Below are positions 37,886 to 42,070 of a stretch of 42,070 bases of DNA, in pieces. The translations under genes were made by a program, and so were the position numbers. Source of the stretch: an uncultured Thermoplasmatales archaeon (GTDB taxonomy: Archaea; Thermoplasmatota; E2; DHVEG-1); NCBI GenBank assembly GCA_964517155.1, contig CAZFAZ010000037.1:1-42070 (forward strand), written 5' to 3'. Below the pieces are notes generated by a model that searched no databases, was not told the origin of the DNA, and saw only the letters and a list, made by a program, of their open reading frames with translations. How positions within the stretch are numbered: position 1 is the stretch's first letter; each line of letters starts with the position of its first letter.

Positions 37886-39178
37886 ATGAAACCAATACTG
37901 CAAGTAGCATTAGATTTACTTAATGAGCACAGAGCAATACAAATCGCAAAAGAAAGTGTTAAAGGTGGTGCAGACTACCTTGAAGCAGGGACACCTCTTA
38001 TAAAATCTGAAGGAATGGATATTATAAGAAAGCTTAAAGAAAAACATCCTGACAAAATAATTGTCGCAGATATGAAAACAATGGATACAGGTGCTTTTGA
38101 AACAGAGATGGCCTCAAAAGCAGGTGCAGATATAGTGGTAATTCTTGGTGCAGCAGATGACTCAACGATAAAAGATGCTTTAAAATCAGCACGTAAATAC
38201 GGCTCAAAAATAATGATTGATTTAATCGGTGTAAAAGATGAAATCAAAAGAGCAAAAGAACTAGAAAAGTTAGGTGTAGATTATTTATGTATTCACGTTG
38301 GAATAGATGAACAAATGATTGGTAAAAAACCATTAGAGCTGGTAAAAGAAATAGTTAAAAACACAAATACACCAGTTGCTGTTGCAGGTGGAATCAACAG
38401 TGAAACAGCAGCAAAAATAGTCAAAGCAGGTGCAAGCATAATAATTGTAGGTGGAGCAATTACTAAAGCAAAAGATGTAACTGAGGCAACAAAAAACATT
38501 AAAAAAGCAATAAATGAAAAAAAAATAATAAAAACCCAGCTTTTTAAAAAATATGATAAAACACAACTTAAAAAAGCATTTAGTCTTGTATCAACACCAA
38601 ATATTTCAGATGCAATGCATAAAAAAGGTGCGATGAGTGATATAAAACCTGTAAAACTTGGTTTTCATATGCTTGGACGTGCACTTACAGTAAGAACTAT
38701 TGATGGCGATTGGGCAAAACCTGTTGAGGCAATAGATAAAGCCGATAAAGAAACTGTTTTGGTAATAGATGTAAACGGCGGGAAAACTGCCATTTGGGGT
38801 GAGCTTGCAACTCATAGCGCAAAAAAGAAAGGACTTGCCGGAGTAGTAATAGATGGTGCTATTCGTGATCTTGATGATATAATAAAAATAGATATTCCTG
38901 TGTATAGTAGATATGTAAGTCCAAATGCTGGAGAGCCAAAAGGATTAGGCGAGATTGGTGCTGAGATAAACTGCGGAGGTCAAACTGTGAAAACAGGTGA
39001 TTGGATAATAGGAGATGACTCTGGAGTTGTGGTGGTTTCAGAAGAAATAGCCCAAGAAATAGCAAACCGTGCACTTGATGTAAAAGAACATGAGAATCGT
39101 ATACGTGAAGAAATAAAAAAAGGCAGTAGTCTTGGCACAGTTGAAAAAATTAAAAAATGGGAGAAAAAAATAGGGTGA
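37886..39178 (+). CDS. hps: 3-hexulose-6-phosphate synthase fused to RraA-like domain
   Basis: LQVALD, EAGTPLIK, ADMKTMD and HVGIDEQ; C-terminal AIWGEL..VIDGAIRD..GDWIIGDDSG. The ATG at 37886 is preferred. Confidence 0.93.
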   Translation: MKPILQVALDLLNEHRAIQIAKESVKGGADYLEAGTPLIKSEGMDIIRKLKEKHPDKIIVADMKTMDTGAFETEMASKAGADIVVILGAADDSTIKDALKSARKYGSKIMIDLIGVKDEIKRAKELEKLGVDYLCIHVGIDEQMIGKKPLELVKEIVKNTNTPVAVAGGINSETAAKIVKAGASIIIVGGAITKAKDVTEATKNIKKAINEKKIIKTQLFKKYDKTQLKKAFSLVSTPNISDAMHKKGAMSDIKPVKLGFHMLGRALTVRTIDGDWAKPVEAIDKADKETVLVIDVNGGKTAIWGELATHSAKKKGLAGVVIDGAIRDLDDIIKIDIPVYSRYVSPNAGEPKGLGEIGAEINCGGQTVKTGDWIIGDDSGVVVVSEEIAQEIANRALDVKEHENRIREEIKKGSSLGTVEKIKKWEKKIG

Positions 39179-39187
39179 ACATTTTTT

Positions 39188-40174
39188 ATGAAAAAAGTTG
39201 TTTTTTTCACAGATGAAAATAAAATAGGAGAAGCATTTGATAATTTTAATATGAAAGGTTTTGAAAATAAAAAAGTACCTTTTAAAGTTCATATGGGTGA
39301 AAAAGGAAATATTTATTTTCCAAGAGTAGAAACTGTTAAAAAAGTAGTTAAAAACCTCAAAGAAAGAAAAATTAAGCCTTTTTTGTTTGATACAACTGTT
39401 GCATATCAAGCTATGAGGCATACTAAAGAAGGGTATCACAAACTTGCAGAAATGCATGGTTTTACAAAAGAAAATATAGGATGTAATATAGTAATTGATG
39501 AAAAAGGAATACCTGTTAAAATTGAAGATAGAAATTTTGAAGTAGCAGAGCATTTATACAAAAGCCAGTATATTTTTGCATTTTCACATGTAAAAGGCCA
39601 TATTGCAACTGGTTTTGGTGGAGCAATAAAGAACTTTGGGATGGGTGGTGTTACAAAAGAAACAAAACGCAGGATGCATCATGCAAGCCGCCCTATATTT
39701 CAAAAAGATAAATGTAACTATTGCGGTGTTTGTGCTAAGGTCTGTCCATTTGACGCTATAACTGTAAAAGAAAACATTTGGACTCAGGATATAAATAAAT
39801 GTTTTGGCTGTGGAGTATGTGTTGAGAACTGTAAAGCTCAGGCAATAACTTATAAAGATGCTGATTTGCAGTTTGTCCTTGCTTGTGCTGTAAAAGCATG
39901 TTTGCAAGATAAAAACATAGTTTATTTTAATGATGTAAACCGCATTGCAAAAGGTTGTGACTGTGATCCAGATGCCGGGCCTGTGATATGTCCTGATATA
40001 GGTTATCTAGTCTCAGATGATATTGTAGCAGTTGATAAAGCAAGTCTTGATTTAATAAATGAAGTAAAACCAGGTGTTTTTGAAAAATTTAATCATGTAA
40101 ACCCTGAAAAACAAATTTTGTATGCTGAAAAATTAGGTCTTGGTTCATCAAAATATAATTTAATCAAAATCTAG
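39188..40174 (+). CDS. DUF362 protein with inserted 2x[4Fe-4S] domain
   Basis: KVHMGE, SHVKGH..GFGGAIKNFGMG, two CxxCxxCxxxC motifs and CDC. Confidence 0.9.
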   Translation: MKKVVFFTDENKIGEAFDNFNMKGFENKKVPFKVHMGEKGNIYFPRVETVKKVVKNLKERKIKPFLFDTTVAYQAMRHTKEGYHKLAEMHGFTKENIGCNIVIDEKGIPVKIEDRNFEVAEHLYKSQYIFAFSHVKGHIATGFGGAIKNFGMGGVTKETKRRMHHASRPIFQKDKCNYCGVCAKVCPFDAITVKENIWTQDINKCFGCGVCVENCKAQAITYKDADLQFVLACAVKACLQDKNIVYFNDVNRIAKGCDCDPDAGPVICPDIGYLVSDDIVAVDKASLDLINEVKPGVFEKFNHVNPEKQILYAEKLGLGSSKYNLIKI

Positions 40175-40687
40175 AAAATCAACAAGACCTGATTCAAGAT
40201 TATAAACAGCGCAGACAATTTTTAATTTATTGTCTTTTACCGCTTCTGATATAATTTTGCTGCGTTGGAATAATACATGATGCTGTCTTTTAATATTTCC
40301 AATAATATGATTAGCATCAAGTGAAAAACATTTTTTTATCTCTTCAAATAAAGCAACACTATCATCATTTGATTCCTCTGATGCTTTTACTGCTCCGCAA
40401 TGTGTATGACCAAGAAGTATCAAATGACTTATATTAAGGTGATCAACAGCATATTCAAGTGATGTAATAAGAGATGAATCCATTGCAACGTTTCCTGCAA
40501 CACGTACAACGAAAAGCTCACCAATTTTTTTGTTAAAAATAAACTCTGGGACAACACGTGAGTCTGAACAGGTAAGAACAGCAATTTTTGGTTTTTGACC
40601 AGATACATGTTTTTTTAGTTCAGATGAATTTTCATCTGCATATTTTTTGTTTAAATTTATAAGTTCTTGGATTATTTTATCAGTCAT
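40160..40687 (-). CDS. Beta-class carbonic anhydrase
   Basis: CSDSRV, RVAGN and GHTHCGA zinc motifs. The ATG at 40687 is preferred. Confidence 0.93.
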   Translation of the reverse strand: MTDKIIQELINLNKKYADENSSELKKHVSGQKPKIAVLTCSDSRVVPEFIFNKKIGELFVVRVAGNVAMDSSLITSLEYAVDHLNISHLILLGHTHCGAVKASEESNDDSVALFEEIKKCFSLDANHIIGNIKRQHHVLFQRSKIISEAVKDNKLKIVCAVYNLESGLVDFLDFD

Positions 40688-40743
40688 ACAAAAATGTATT
40701 ATCACTAAAGAGTATAAAAAAATATAGAAAAAGAAAAAAAGAA

Positions 40744-42066
40744 TTATTTTTGTTCAACTTGTGGTTTGTATATAAGTGCAATTCCTGCGGCAACAAAACA
40801 AAGAATTGCTGCTGGGACAAATGCATACATGTAGCTCATCCCTGCATCTTTTACCATACCTGCAAGTATTGGCCCTACTATTCCACCAACACCATATGAG
40901 GTAAATACAAAACCATAGTTCAGACCTACGTTTTCTGAGCCGAAGCTATCTGCGGTTGCTGCTGGAAACAATGCAAAGTTTGCACCAAAGTTAAAACCTA
41001 TTAGTGCTGCTGCCACATAGAAAAACAATGGATTTGCTGTTGTATAGAAAAATGCAAGCATCATTATTCCCTGTAATATACACATTATAATAAGAGATTT
41101 TTTTCTACCAAGGTTATCTGATACTTTACCCCAGACTATTCTTCCAATTCCATTAAAAATTGGTAGGCATACTGCAGCACCTATCACTGCTATATCTACT
41201 GCTGAGCTTGAAAATTCTGGGTTTGCTGCAAAACCATCGACATCTGATGTAGCAAAGTTTTGAATGTTTCCGATAACCATAAGTCCTGCGAGGGCACCTA
41301 TAAAAAACATCATCCATAAAAGATAGAATTGTCTTGTATGAAGCATTTCTTTTGGTTTTAAATCTACTAAATATTTCTTTTTTGAAGATTTATCTTCTTG
41401 CGCAGGTTTGTATCCTTTTGGCAGCCATCCTTTTGGCGGGTTAATCATAACCAGTGAGCCGATGACAACTAATGCCATAAATGCTATTCCATAAACTAAA
41501 AAGACGTTATCAACCATTGAAACTGTATATGATGCACCTTGACTTAATGTCAAAAACCCATTAAACCCAAGTACACTTGGCGGATTTGCCATTAATATCC
41601 ATATAAAGGCACCAAAGCCAAATCCTGCTACTGCAAGACCTGATACAAGTCCTTTTTTATCTGGGAACCATTTTACACCAACGGCTATTGGTACAACGTA
41701 TCCTAAGCCAATACCTGCTCCACCCATTATTCCAAGTAATATAAGTTTTAATGCAAAGTTTGCACCAACAAAACTTGCAAGGATATATCCTAAACCTAAA
41801 AATACGCCGCCTAATAAAGCTATAATTCTTGGACTGTATTTTTTTGCAAGTCTGCCGCCAATTATTGTAAATATCGCAAATGTTGCAAGTCCTGCGCTAA
41901 ATATTGCTTGTGTTTCTGTTTTACTAAAGCCAAATGCAGTAGATTGTAGTGCACCGGTAAATGCACTCCATGCATATATTGCACCAAGTGCCACCTGTAT
42001 CATTATTGCACCAATTACAATTATCCATCTATTCATAACTTTAACATCAGTTTTTTGATCTGTCAT
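40744..42066 (-). CDS. OFA-family (oxalate/formate antiporter-like) MFS transporter
   Basis: About 12 TM helices; GAIYAWS, KWFPDKKGL..GLAVAGFG and GRIVWGKVSD motifs. Confidence 0.92.
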   Translation of the reverse strand: MTDQKTDVKVMNRWIIVIGAIMIQVALGAIYAWSAFTGALQSTAFGFSKTETQAIFSAGLATFAIFTIIGGRLAKKYSPRIIALLGGVFLGLGYILASFVGANFALKLILLGIMGGAGIGLGYVVPIAVGVKWFPDKKGLVSGLAVAGFGFGAFIWILMANPPSVLGFNGFLTLSQGASYTVSMVDNVFLVYGIAFMALVVIGSLVMINPPKGWLPKGYKPAQEDKSSKKKYLVDLKPKEMLHTRQFYLLWMMFFIGALAGLMVIGNIQNFATSDVDGFAANPEFSSSAVDIAVIGAAVCLPIFNGIGRIVWGKVSDNLGRKKSLIIMCILQGIMMLAFFYTTANPLFFYVAAALIGFNFGANFALFPAATADSFGSENVGLNYGFVFTSYGVGGIVGPILAGMVKDAGMSYMYAFVPAAILCFVAAGIALIYKPQVEQK

Positions 42067-42070
42067 AATA

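Noticed and set aside
37886..39178. HPS-RraA fusion as a novelty
   Set aside because: This is an established architecture in euryarchaea.
80..39907. Many short antisense or out-of-frame ORFs in the track (e.g. 80-424, 8106-8504, 32627-33067, 39038-39553)
   Set aside because: They shadow well-supported genes and have no recognisable motifs.

Overview
AT-rich archaeal chromosomal segment, most consistent with a Thermoplasmatota sediment lineage such as MBG-D/Thermoprofundales-like. This is inferred from the archaellin, Taw1, GPN GTPase, KaiC-like cluster, class III signal peptides and C25/S8 proteases. Housekeeping genes: pdxS/pdxT, argS, taw1, purD, pyrE, folD, hps-rraA fusion, beta-carbonic anhydrase, an OFA-family MFS transporter and tRNA-Pro(GGG). 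Accessory content: (1) a divergent putative cobalamin-uptake module whose ArsR regulator carries a DUF4430/transcobalamin-like C-terminal domain, with palindromic operators; (2) a 23-aa micro-ORF, absent from the ORF track, that is essentially a stand-alone PCNA-binding PIP box with its own SD, promoter and terminator signals; (3) a divergent cluster encoding seven class III signal-peptide (type IV pilin-like) proteins with no motor genes in the window; (4) two tandem ~1160-aa membrane-anchored CWB2-like/gingipain(C25)-like proteins sharing a 126/128-bp tract; (5) an active-plus-two-degenerate KaiC-like triplet next to a solitary archaellin; (6) a membrane-tethered ArsR regulator with an operator; (7) a tRNA 3'-end scar at the left edge. 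No CRISPR array, rRNA, transposase or integrase was seen. All family assignments come from motif recognition by eye, not database searches.
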